Source: Raillietiella orientalis (taxonomy: Eukaryota). From it: a stretch of 30,804 bases of DNA. A program made the position numbers and the translations under genes. How positions within the stretch are numbered: position 1 is the stretch's first letter; every line of letters starts with the position of its first letter. A model generated the notes under the pieces. It searched no databases. It was not told where the DNA came from and saw only the letters and a program-made list of their open reading frames with translations. Positions 16,528 through 30,804 of the stretch are shown here, piece after piece. The stretch spans positions 5,208,001 to 5,238,804 of the forward strand of contig JAYWIR010000008.1 of assembly GCA_036172245.1 (NCBI GenBank), written 5' to 3'.

Positions 16528-16543
16528 GGCCCTGAAAAGGGCC
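16528..16543 (-). promoter_or_regulatory. Histone 3'-UTR stem-loop of H4
   Basis: GGCCCTTTTCAGGGCC on the minus strand. Also at 20837-20852, 25121-25136 and 29411-29426. Confidence 0.93.
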
Positions 16544-16589
16544 TTGCTGGGGCTACGCAAGCGGAGCTTCCCGCCGCCTGGCTGGCTGG

Positions 16590-16931
<342 letters not shown>

Positions 16932-17712
16932 TTACTTCGTTGCTGGGTGCCTTCGTCGCGCGCGCGCGGGAAGCGTTCGAAAAGACGGAAAACTGCACAG
17001 CCCGACGGGACGGGCGTGGAACGGGTGCGGTTCGGGGGGAGGAAAAGCTTCCGAGAAAGGGCCTGCCGGAGGAGTGAAGTCGGCGCGCCGACCGGCGAGC
17101 GGCTCCGCCGCGCAAGCAGTGAGTGCGAAGGGAGGGAACGCGGCGAGGGCGCCTGCGCGTCCGCTCGGTAGGCCGGCCGGCCGGCCGCAGTCCGTCCGTC
17201 CGTCCGGCAACGCAGCGTGCCACCCGGAGACGAATGGCGGGACGCAGGCGAGCGGCGAGGAAGGCAACGAGTCGGGCCAGCACGAAGGCTGTCGACGAGG
17301 ATGGTGCTTGTGAAGGCAGTAGGAAGAGCGAACGAATGGCGCTGCTCCGCCGGATTGCCGAGATCCAGGCGGACGGCATCCGTTCGACCGCGCCGGGCGC
17401 GCGCAGCGGAGGACGGCGCGTCCTCCCGGCGGCGGACGGCGCGCCGCCGGCACGAAAGGCGAGCAATGCGCGGGGAAGGGGGGGGGGAGGGGACACAGGC
17501 AGGGAGGTAGGCACGGAGGACGGGGAGGTGCGTGCCCGGTGGGAGCCGTGGCGTACCCTCCGCTCGGCGAGCAGCCAGCCAGCATCCCGAAGGACGTAGC
17601 TATAGCTACGGCAGCAGCAGCTGCTGCAGAAGCAGCGGCAGCCGTCTTTCTTTCCCCGCTTTCCGCCCCCCTCGAGCCTTCGCGGTCTCGCCTTCCGGAA
17701 ACGCCGAACGAC

Positions 17713-17728
17713 GGCCCTGAAAAGGGCC
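17713..17728 (-). promoter_or_regulatory. Histone 3'-UTR stem-loop of H2B
   Basis: GGCCCTTTTCAGGGCC on the minus strand. Also at 26308-26323 and 30590-30605; garbled/duplicated at ~22016-22049. Confidence 0.93.
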
Positions 17729-17780
17729 AGCTAGCGAGCATCCGCAGCAGCACGATCCCATCCAGCCGCGCTCGCCCGTC

Positions 17781-18155
17781 TCACTTGGAGCTCGTGTACT
17801 TGGTCACCGCCTTCGTGCCTTCGGAAACCGCGTGCTTGGCCAGCTCCCCGGGCAGCAGCAGGCGCACCGCCGTCTGCACCTCCCGGCTGGTGATGGTGGT
17901 GCGCCTGTTGTAGTGAGACAGACGCGACGATTCGGCGGCGATGCGCTCGAAGATGTCGTTCACGAAGCTGTTCATGATCGACATCGCCTTGCTGGAGATG
18001 CCCGTGTCCGGGTGCACCTGCTTCAGCACCTTGTAGATGTAGATCGCGTAGCTCTCCTTCCGCTTCCGCTTCTTCTTCTTGTCTCCCTTGGCGATGTTCT
18101 TCTGCGCTTTGCCGGCCTTCTTGAAAGCCTTCCCGCTGCCGCTCTTCGGAGGCAT
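17781..18155 (-). CDS. H2B: Histone H2B, intact (124 aa)
   Basis: [64 protein letters not shown]...AVTKYTSSK*. Confidence 0.99.
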   Translation of the reverse strand: MPPKSGSGKAFKKAGKAQKNIAKGDKKKKRKRKESYAIYIYKVLKQVHPDTGISSKAMSIMNSFVNDIFERIAAESSRLSHYNRRTTITSREVQTAVRLLLPGELAKHAVSEGTKAVTKYTSSK

Positions 18156-18255
18156 CGCCCTCGCCTTCTGTTCGCGAAGATCGGGAGGAGGACGAGAAAA
18201 GCGAAACCAAAAAAGGAAAGGGGATCGCTGACACGCTCCTTTCCTCGTCGCGGCC

Positions 18256-18262
18256 TTTTATG
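18256..18262 (-). promoter_or_regulatory. Candidate TATA-like box of H2B
   Basis: CATAAAA on the minus strand ~100 bp upstream of the H2B ATG, in a GC-rich context and conserved in the other units. Confidence 0.5.
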
Positions 18263-18381
18263 CGGCGCCGAAAATCGAAACGAGGAGCCGCCGACCGAAA
18301 AGCGGCTGCGCTGCCGTTCGTCGCCGCGCTGCAAAGTACCTGCGTGCACGGTTCCCATCCGTTCGTGAAGCTTGTGTTGGG

Positions 18382-18397
18382 GGCCCTGAAAAGGGCC
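18382..18397 (-). promoter_or_regulatory. Histone 3'-UTR stem-loop of H3
   Basis: AACGGCCCTTTTCAGGGCC on the minus strand. Also at 22683-22698 and 26976-26991. Confidence 0.93.
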
Positions 18398-18454
18398 GTT
18401 GCGCGTGATGCAACGCGCAACCCGGGTCGGGGCCCCGCCCCGCCCCGCCGCCGC

Positions 18455-20139
<1,685 letters not shown>

Positions 20140-20864
20140 GAGTGTCCGCCTGCGAAGAATTACGCTGCCGCTGGAAGCGGCCGCGAAACCTGCCTGGAAG
20201 GCGCGTACCGAGCGGAAGCGCCGGATCGAGCCGCCGCCAGTGGGGCGACGGCTCCGTTGCGCGCAAAGGCCGGACGGCCTGCCGGTCGCGAGCCGCAACA
20301 GCCCGGCCCTCGTTCCACCCTTCCTTTTCTCTTTTCCTTTTCACCCCGCGGGCTCCCGTCCGCGTTCCGGATGTCTTCGGCGCGCGGGCCGGTGTGCGAC
20401 GACGGCGCAGCCGAGCACCGTTCCTCGCCACCTGCCGACTCCCGCCTCTTTCCATCCTTTTCTTTTGGGCGACTTCGCTTCCCGTTTTCTCCCATCCGTT
20501 ACGAGGGCCGTCTCCCCTCCTTTCGGCCGTACCGCCTTCCCCTGCCCGAGGAGCGGAAGGCGCGCCACGAAGGCCACGGCGACCAGCGGAGCGAACGCAA
20601 AGCGAAAACGAACTCAGAGAGGAGAAGGCAAACACGGAGCGGACGGACGGCACTTCCGAAACGAGGAGGGAAGGAAAGGGAAAACGGACGAGGCGCAAGC
20701 CGCCGCCTTCCTTCCGCGACCGGAACGATTCAGCCGCCTTCACCGTCATCCGTCACCACCACCACCACGACCACCACCACCACCACCACCACCACCTTCG
20801 TACCCGGTTTGCGCCCTGTCGGGAGGCTTTCGCGTCGGCCCTGAAAAGGGCCTTGCTGGGGCTA

Positions 20865-21235
<371 letters not shown>

Positions 21236-22097
21236 TTACTTCGTTGCTGGGTGCCTTCGTCGCGCGCGGGAAGCGTTCGAAAGGACGGAAAACTGCACAG
21301 CCGACGGGACGGGCGTGGAACGGGTGCTGTTCGGGGGGAGGAAAAGCTTCCGAGAAAGGGCCTGCCGGAGGAGTGAAGTCGGCGCGCCGACCGGCGAGCG
21401 GCTCCGCCGCGCAAGCAGTGAGTGCGAAGGGAGGGAACGCGGCGAGGGCGCCTGCGCGTCCGCTCGGTAGGCCGGCCGGCCGGCCGCAGTCCGTCCGTCC
21501 GTCCGGCAACGCAGCGTGCCACCCGGAGACGAATGGCGGGACGCAGGCGAGCGGCGAGGAAGGCAACGAGTCGGGCCAGCACGAAGGCTGTCGACGAGGA
21601 TGGTGCTTGTGAAGGCAGTAGGAAGAGCGAACGAATGGCGCTGCTCCGCCGGATTGCCGAGATCCAGGCGGACGGCATCCGTTCGCCCGACACGGGGCGG
21701 GGGCAGCAGCAGCTTCGGCGTCCTCCGTGGGAGGAGCGGAGACTGCCGCCGCCAGCGAGCAATGCAAAAAGCGGGGAAGGGAGGGGGGAGGGGACACGGG
21801 CAGGGGAGGTAGGCACGGAGGACGGGGAGGGTGCGTGCCTTCGGTGGGAATGCGGCAGGCACCCCTCCGCTCGGCGACAGCCAGCCATTAGCATCCCGAA
21901 GGACGCTAGGCTACGGCAGCAGCAGCTGCTGGCAGAAGCAGCGGCAGCCGTCTTTTCTTCGCTTTCCGCCCCCCTCTAGCCTTCGCGGTCTCGCCTTCCG
22001 GAAACGCTGAACGACGGCCCTGAAAACGAACGACGGCCCTGAAAGGGCCAGCTAGCGACATCCGCAGCACGATCCCATCCAGCCGCGCTCGCCCGTC

Positions 22098-22456
22098 TCA
22101 CTTGGAGCTCGTGTACTTGGCCACCGCCTTCGTGCCTTCGAACCGTGCGCCGGCCGGCCCGTCAGCTCTTGCGCTCTGCGTCGCACCCGGTTGGTGATGG
22201 TGCGCCTGTTGCGCGGAGACAGACGCGACGATTCGGCGGCGATGCGCTCGAAGATGTCGTTCACGAAGCTGTTCATGATCGACATCGCCTTGCTGGAGAT
22301 GCCCGTGTCCGGGTGCACCTGCTTCAGCACCTTGTAGATGTAGATCGCGTAGCTCTCCTTCCGCTTCCGCTTCTTCTTCTTGTCTCCCTTGGCGATGTTC
22401 TTCTGCGCTTTGCCGGCCTTCTTGAAAGCCTTCCCGCTGCCGCTCTTCGGAGGCAT
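22098..22456 (-). pseudogene. H2B: Histone H2B, unit 2, disrupted as assembled
   Basis: Canonical to ...AAESSRLS, garbled at ~22140-22215, resumes [13 protein letters not shown] in another frame. Confidence 0.8.
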
Positions 22457-22561
22457 CGCCCTCGCCTTCTGTTCGCGAAGATCGGGAGGAGGACGAGAAA
22501 AGCGAAACCAAAAAAGGAAAGGGGATCGCTGACACGCTCCTTTCCTCGTCGCGGCCTTTTA

Positions 22562-24429
<1,868 letters not shown>

Positions 24430-25039
24430 GAGTGTCCGCCTCGAAGAATTACGCTGCCGCTGGAAGCGGCCGCGAAACCTGCCTGGAAGGCGCGTACCGA
24501 GCGGAAGCGCCGGATCGAGCCGCCGCCAGTGGGGCGACGGCTCCGTTGCGCGCAAAGGCCGGACGGCCTGCCGGTCGCGAGCCGCAACAGCCCGGCCCTC
24601 GTTCCACCCTTCCTTTTCTCTTTTCCTTTTCACCCCGCGGGCTCCCGTCCGCGTTCCGGAGGTCTTCGGCGCGCGGGCCGGTGTGCGACGACGGCGCAGC
24701 CGAGCACCGTTCCTCGCCACCTGCCGACTCCCGCCTCTTTCCATCCTTTTCTTTTGGGGCGACTTCGCCCCGTTTTCTCCCATCCGTGGTGGCCGTCGCC
24801 CTCCTTTGGCCGCCCGGCTGCCTTCCCCTGCCCGAGGAGCGGAAGGCGCGCCACGACGGCCACGGCGACCAGCGGAGCGAACGCAAAGCGAAAACGAATC
24901 CCAGAGAGGAGAAGGCAAAACACGGAGCGGACGGACGGCACTTCCCGAAACGAGGAGGGAAGGGAAAACGGACGAGGCGCAAGCCGCCGCCTTCCTTCCG
25001 CGACCGGAACGATTCAGCCGCCTTCACCGTCATCCGTCA

Positions 25040-25531
<492 letters not shown>

Positions 25532-26375
25532 TTACTGCTAGCCAGCAAGGCGCCTTCGTCGCGGGAAGCGTTCGAAAGGACGGAAAACTGCACAGCCGAC
25601 GGGACGGGCGTGGAACGGGTGCTGTTCGGGGGGAGGAAAAGCTTCCGAGAAAGGGCCTGCCGGAGGAGTGAAGTCGGCGCGCCGACCGGCGAGCGGCTCC
25701 GCCGCGCAAGCAGTGAGTGCGAAGGGAGGGAACGCGGCGAGGGCGCCTGCGCGTCCGCTCGGTAGGCCGGCCGGCCGGCCGCAGTCCGTCCGTCCGTCCG
25801 GCAACGCAGCGTGCCACCCACACCTTCCATGGATGGCAGGCGAGTAAGAGGAAGGTTGGACTAGTCGGGCCAGCACGAAGGCTGTCGACGAGGATGCTGC
25901 TTGTGACAGTAGGAAGAGCGAACGAATGGCGCTGCTCCGCCGGATTGCCGAGATCCAGGCGGACGGCATCCGTTCGACCGACACGGGGCGGGGGCAGCAG
26001 CAGCTTCGGCGTCCTCCGTGGAGGACGCCGCTGCCGGCGCCGCCAGCGAGCAATGCAAAAGCGGGGAAGGGAGGGGGGGAGGGGACACGGGCAGGGAGGT
26101 AGGCACGGAGGACGGGGAGGGTGCGTGCCTTCGGTGGGAGCCGTGGCGTACCCTCCGCTCGGCGAGCAGCCAGCCAGCATCCCGAAGGACGTAGCTATAG
26201 CTACGGCAGCAGCAGCTGCTGCAGAAGCAGCGGCAGCCGTCTTTCTTTCCCCGCTTTCCGCCCCCCTCGAGCCTTCGCGGTCTCGCCTTCCGGAAACGCC
26301 GAACGACGGCCCTGAAAAGGGCCAGCTAGCGAGCATCCGCAGCAGCACGATCCCATCCAGCCGCGCTCGCCCGTC

Positions 26376-26750
26376 TCACTTGGAGCTCGTGTACTTGGTC
26401 ACCGCCTTCGTGCCTTCGGAAACCGCGTGCTTGGCCAGCTCCCCGGGCAGCAGCAGGCGCACCGCCGTCTGCACCTCCCGGCTGGTGATGGTGGTGCGCC
26501 TGTTGTAGTGAGACAGACGCGACGATTCGGCGGCGATGCGCTCGAAGATGTCGTTCACGAAGCTGTTCATGATCGACATCGCCTTGCTGGAGATGCCCGT
26601 GTCCGGGTGCACCTGCTTCAGCACCTTGTAGATGTAGATCGCGTAGCTCTCCTTCCGCTTCCGCTTCTTCTTCTTGTCTCCCTTGGCGATGTTCTTCTGC
26701 GCTTTGCCGGCCTTCTTGAAAGCCTTCCCGCTGCCGCTCTTCGGAGGCAT
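26376..26750 (-). CDS. H2B: Histone H2B, intact (124 aa)
   Basis: Same protein as 17781-18155. Confidence 0.98.
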   Translation of the reverse strand: MPPKSGSGKAFKKAGKAQKNIAKGDKKKKRKRKESYAIYIYKVLKQVHPDTGISSKAMSIMNSFVNDIFERIAAESSRLSHYNRRTTITSREVQTAVRLLLPGELAKHAVSEGTKAVTKYTSSK

Positions 26751-27048
26751 CGCCCTCGCCTTCTGTTCGCGAAGATCGGGAGGAGGACGAGAAAAGCGAA
26801 ACCAAAAAGGAAAGGGGATCGCTGACACGCTCCTTTCCTCGTCGCGGCCTTTTATGCGGCGCCGAAAATCGAAACGAGGAGCCGCCGACCGAAAAGCGGC
26901 TGCGCTGCCGTTCGTCGCCGCGCTGCAAAGTACCTGCGTGCACGGTTCCCATCCGTTCGTGAAGCTTGTGTTGGGGGCCCTGAAAAGGGCCGTTGCGCGT
27001 GATGCAACGCGCAACCCGGGTCGGGGCCCCGCCCCGCCCCGCCGCCGC

Positions 27049-27459
<411 letters not shown>

Positions 27460-27953
27460 CTCGACCGTCTGTCTGTCGGCGGGACTGCGACGAGGAGCGG
27501 GAGAAGGGGGAGGAAGGACCGGAGCAAGCAAGGTGGCACGCGACGACGACGACGGAACCTGGTTCCTGTTTCGCTCGCGAGAAGCGGCTAAAGAAAAGGG
27601 AAAAAGGCGCAGCGCCTGCCTTCTTAAAGGATCGCAGTGCGCGGACGTTCGAGCGGCTCCTCGTCGCGCGCTCGCTGCCTGACGCCGGCACGTCCGTCTC
27701 GTCGTGCCGAAAGCGACGCGACTCGACGCCTTCCCGTTCGCGGGCAACAAGAGCTGCCGGCCGCCGTCCTTCCTGCTTCCTCCTCTCTCTCGTCCCCCCC
27801 ACCTCCCGCCCTCTTCTCTCCACCCTCGGAGAGGGATACACCTCACGGTTCCGACACCTCTCGGGATGCGTGTGCGGGGCCCTGAAAAGGGCCGTTCGAG
27901 CCGATTGCGCTGAGGAGGAGGTGTGGCGGAGGAGGAAGGGCCGCCGCCTCGAC

Positions 27954-28724
27954 TCACGTCTGCTGATGCTGCTGCTGCTTCTTCTTCGGAGCCGCCTTTT
28001 TCGCCTTGGGCCTGCTCGGCGCCTTCTTCGGATGCGGCGCCTTCGGCTTGTTCAGCGCCTTCGCCCTCTTCTCGGTGAACGAAGGGCGCGCCTTCGCCGA
28101 AGAAGACGACGACGACGACGCTTTCCTTTCCGCGGCCGCGCGCAGCTTCTTCGCCTTCAGGCTGGCCGCCGCCGCCTTGTTCTTCTTCGCTTTCAGCGAC
28201 GCCGCAGCCTTGGCGCGCGAGCTTTTGCTCGCTCCCGCCGCCCTCGCGCTCCTCGCGGCGGCCGGCTGCAGCTTGCTGCTGCTAGTTCTCTTCCTGTTTT
28301 GCTGCTGCTTCGTTCCATTCTTCGCTTGCCGAGGAGAAGCGGGGGCAGAGCGCGGCAACACCGCCTTGCCGATCGTTTGCTTCCGGCTAGCAGGAACGCC
28401 CTTCCTCAGCTTGAAGGAACCGCTGGCGCCCTTGCCTTTCGTCTGCACGATGGCTCCCGACAGCACGGCCGTCTTCAGAAACTTCTTGATGAACGGAGCC
28501 ATCTTGTCCGCGTCCACGTTGTAGTTGGCGGCCACGTACTTCTTGATCGCTTGCACGGAGCTGCCGCCACGCTCCTTCAGCGCGGCGATCGCCTTCCCCA
28601 CCATCTCCGCCGTCTTCGGGTGCGTCGCCTTGGGCTTCGCCGCGCCCGCCCTCTTGCTCTGGGCCGCGGCCGACGCTCCTCCGGAGGTGGCCAAGCGGCC
28701 GCCCTCGCTGCTCTCCTGCGTCAT
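27954..28724 (-). CDS. H1: Histone H1, unit 4 (open frame, 256 aa)
   Basis: MTQESSEGG... globular domain ... [10 protein letters not shown], with a short locally divergent stretch at ~28312-28340. Confidence 0.93.
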   Translation of the reverse strand: MTQESSEGGRLATSGGASAAAQSKRAGAAKPKATHPKTAEMVGKAIAALKERGGSSVQAIKKYVAANYNVDADKMAPFIKKFLKTAVLSGAIVQTKGKGASGSFKLRKGVPASRKQTIGKAVLPRSAPASPRQAKNGTKQQQNRKRTSSSKLQPAAARSARAAGASKSSRAKAAASLKAKKNKAAAASLKAKKLRAAAERKASSSSSSSAKARPSFTEKRAKALNKPKAPHPKKAPSRPKAKKAAPKKKQQQHQQT

Positions 28725-29472
28725 GAGTGTCCGCCTGCGAAGAATTACGCTGCCGCTGGAAGCGGCCGCGAAACCTGCCTGGAAGGCGCGTACCGAGCGA
28801 GCCGGATCTACCGCCGCCAGTGGGGCGACGGCTCCGTTGCGCGCAAAGGCCGGACGGCCTGCCGGTCGCGAGCCGCAACAGCCCGGCCCTCGTTCCACCC
28901 TTCCTTTTCTCTTTTCCTTTTCACCCCGCGGGCTCCCGTCCGCGTTCCGGATGTCTTCGGCGCGCGGGCCGGTGTGCGACGACGGCGCAGCCGAGCACCG
29001 TTCCTCGCCACCTGCCGACTCCCGCCTCTTTCCATCCTTTTCTTTTGGGCGACTTCGCTTCCCGTTTTCTCCCATCCGTTACGAGGGCCGTCGCCCCTCC
29101 TTTCGGCCGGACCGCCTTCCCCTGCCCGAGGAGCGGAAGGCGCGCCACGAAGGCCACGGCGACCAGCGGAGCGAACGCAAAGCGAAAACGAATCCCAGAG
29201 AGGAGAAGGCAAAACACGGAGCGGACGGACGGCACTTCCCGAAACGAGGAGGGAAGGGAAAACGGACGAGGCGCAAGCCGCCGCCTTCCTTCCGCGACCG
29301 GAACGATTCAGCCGCCTTCACCGTCATCCGTCACCACCACCACCACGACCACCACCACCACCACCACCACCACCTTCGTACCCGGTTTGCGCCCTGTCGG
29401 GAGGCGCGTCGGCCCTGAAAAGGGCCTTGCTGGGGCTACGCAAGCGGAGCTTCCCGCCGCCTGGCTGGCTGG

Positions 29473-29814
<342 letters not shown>

Positions 29815-30657
29815 TTACTTCGTTGCTGGGTGCCTTCGTCGCGCGCGGGAAGCGTTCGAAAGGACGGAAAACTGCACAGCCGACGGGACGGGCGTGGAAC
29901 GGGTGCTGTTCGGGGGAGGAAAAGCTTCCGAGAAAGGGCCTGCCGGAGGAGTGAAGTCGGCGCGCCGACCGGCGAGCGGCTCCGCCGCGCAAGCAGTGAG
30001 TGCGAAGGGAGGGAACGCGGCGAGGGCGCCTGCGCGTCCGCTCAGTAGGCAGGCCGGCCGGCCGCAGTCCGTCCGTCCGGCAACGCAGCGTGCCACCCGG
30101 AGACGAATGGCGGGACGCAGGCGAGCGGCGAGGAAGGCAACGAGTCGGGCCAGCACGAAGGCTGTCGACGAGGATGGTGCTTGTGAAGGCAGTAGGAAGA
30201 GCGAACGAATGGCGCTGCTCCGCCGGATTGCCGAGATCCAGGCGGACGGCATCCGTTCGACCGACACGGGGCGGGGGCAGCAGCAGCTTCGGCGTCCTCC
30301 GTGGAGGACGCCGCTGCCGGCGCCGCCAGCGAGCAATGCAAAAGCGGGGAAGGGAGGGGGGAGGGACCACGGGCAGGGAGGTAAGCCGGAGGACGGAGGA
30401 GGGTGCGACCCTTCCGGTGGGAGCCGTGGCGTACCCTCCGCTCGGCGAGCAGCCAACCAGCATCCGAAGGACGTAGCTATAGCTACGGCAGCAGCAGCTG
30501 CTGCAGAAGCAGCGGCAGCCGTCTTTCTTTCCCCGCTTTCCGCCCCCCTCGAGCCTTCGCGGTCTCGCCTTCCGGAAACGCCGAACGACGGCCCTGAAAA
30601 GGGCCAGCTAGCGAGCATCCGCAGCAGCACGATCCCATCCAGCCGCGCTCGCCCGTC

Positions 30658-30804
<147 letters not shown>

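Noticed and set aside
17130..17225. GNAAR / GNAAC peptides resembling H2A LAGNAARDNKK
   Set aside because: They are only 4-5 residues of GC-rich codons with no flanking H2A similarity or correct spacing to other motifs.
22010..22050. Partial tandem duplication of the H2B stem-loop
   Set aside because: It occurs only in the error-rich unit 2 and is probably a consensus artefact.

Overview
Eukaryotic invertebrate genomic DNA; the H1 and H2B sequences are arthropod-like. The window has two compositionally opposite halves. The AT-rich left part (1-~13450) holds a badly decayed BEL/Pao-like LTR-retrotransposon relic (minus strand), a complete 7-exon DPAGT1/ALG7 gene (minus strand) and the 3' six exons of FANCL (plus strand). 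Both genes have very short introns (mostly 39-49 nt). At ~13500-14346 a pseudogenised non-LTR (L1/Tx1-like) ORF1 fragment with CCHC knuckles is fused directly into a truncated histone H3 gene. This junction is the edge of a very GC-rich tandem array (period ~4.29 kb, ~3.8 units to the window end) of replication-dependent histone genes. All are on the minus strand, in transcription order H2B-H4-H1-H3, each followed by the histone stem-loop. The unit has no H2A gene. It encodes H3 with non-canonical L90/V124 and an Arg/Ser-rich H1, and it carries a shared non-canonical motif at fixed spacing downstream of the stem-loops. Many array copies have private indels that look like uncorrected sequencing error.
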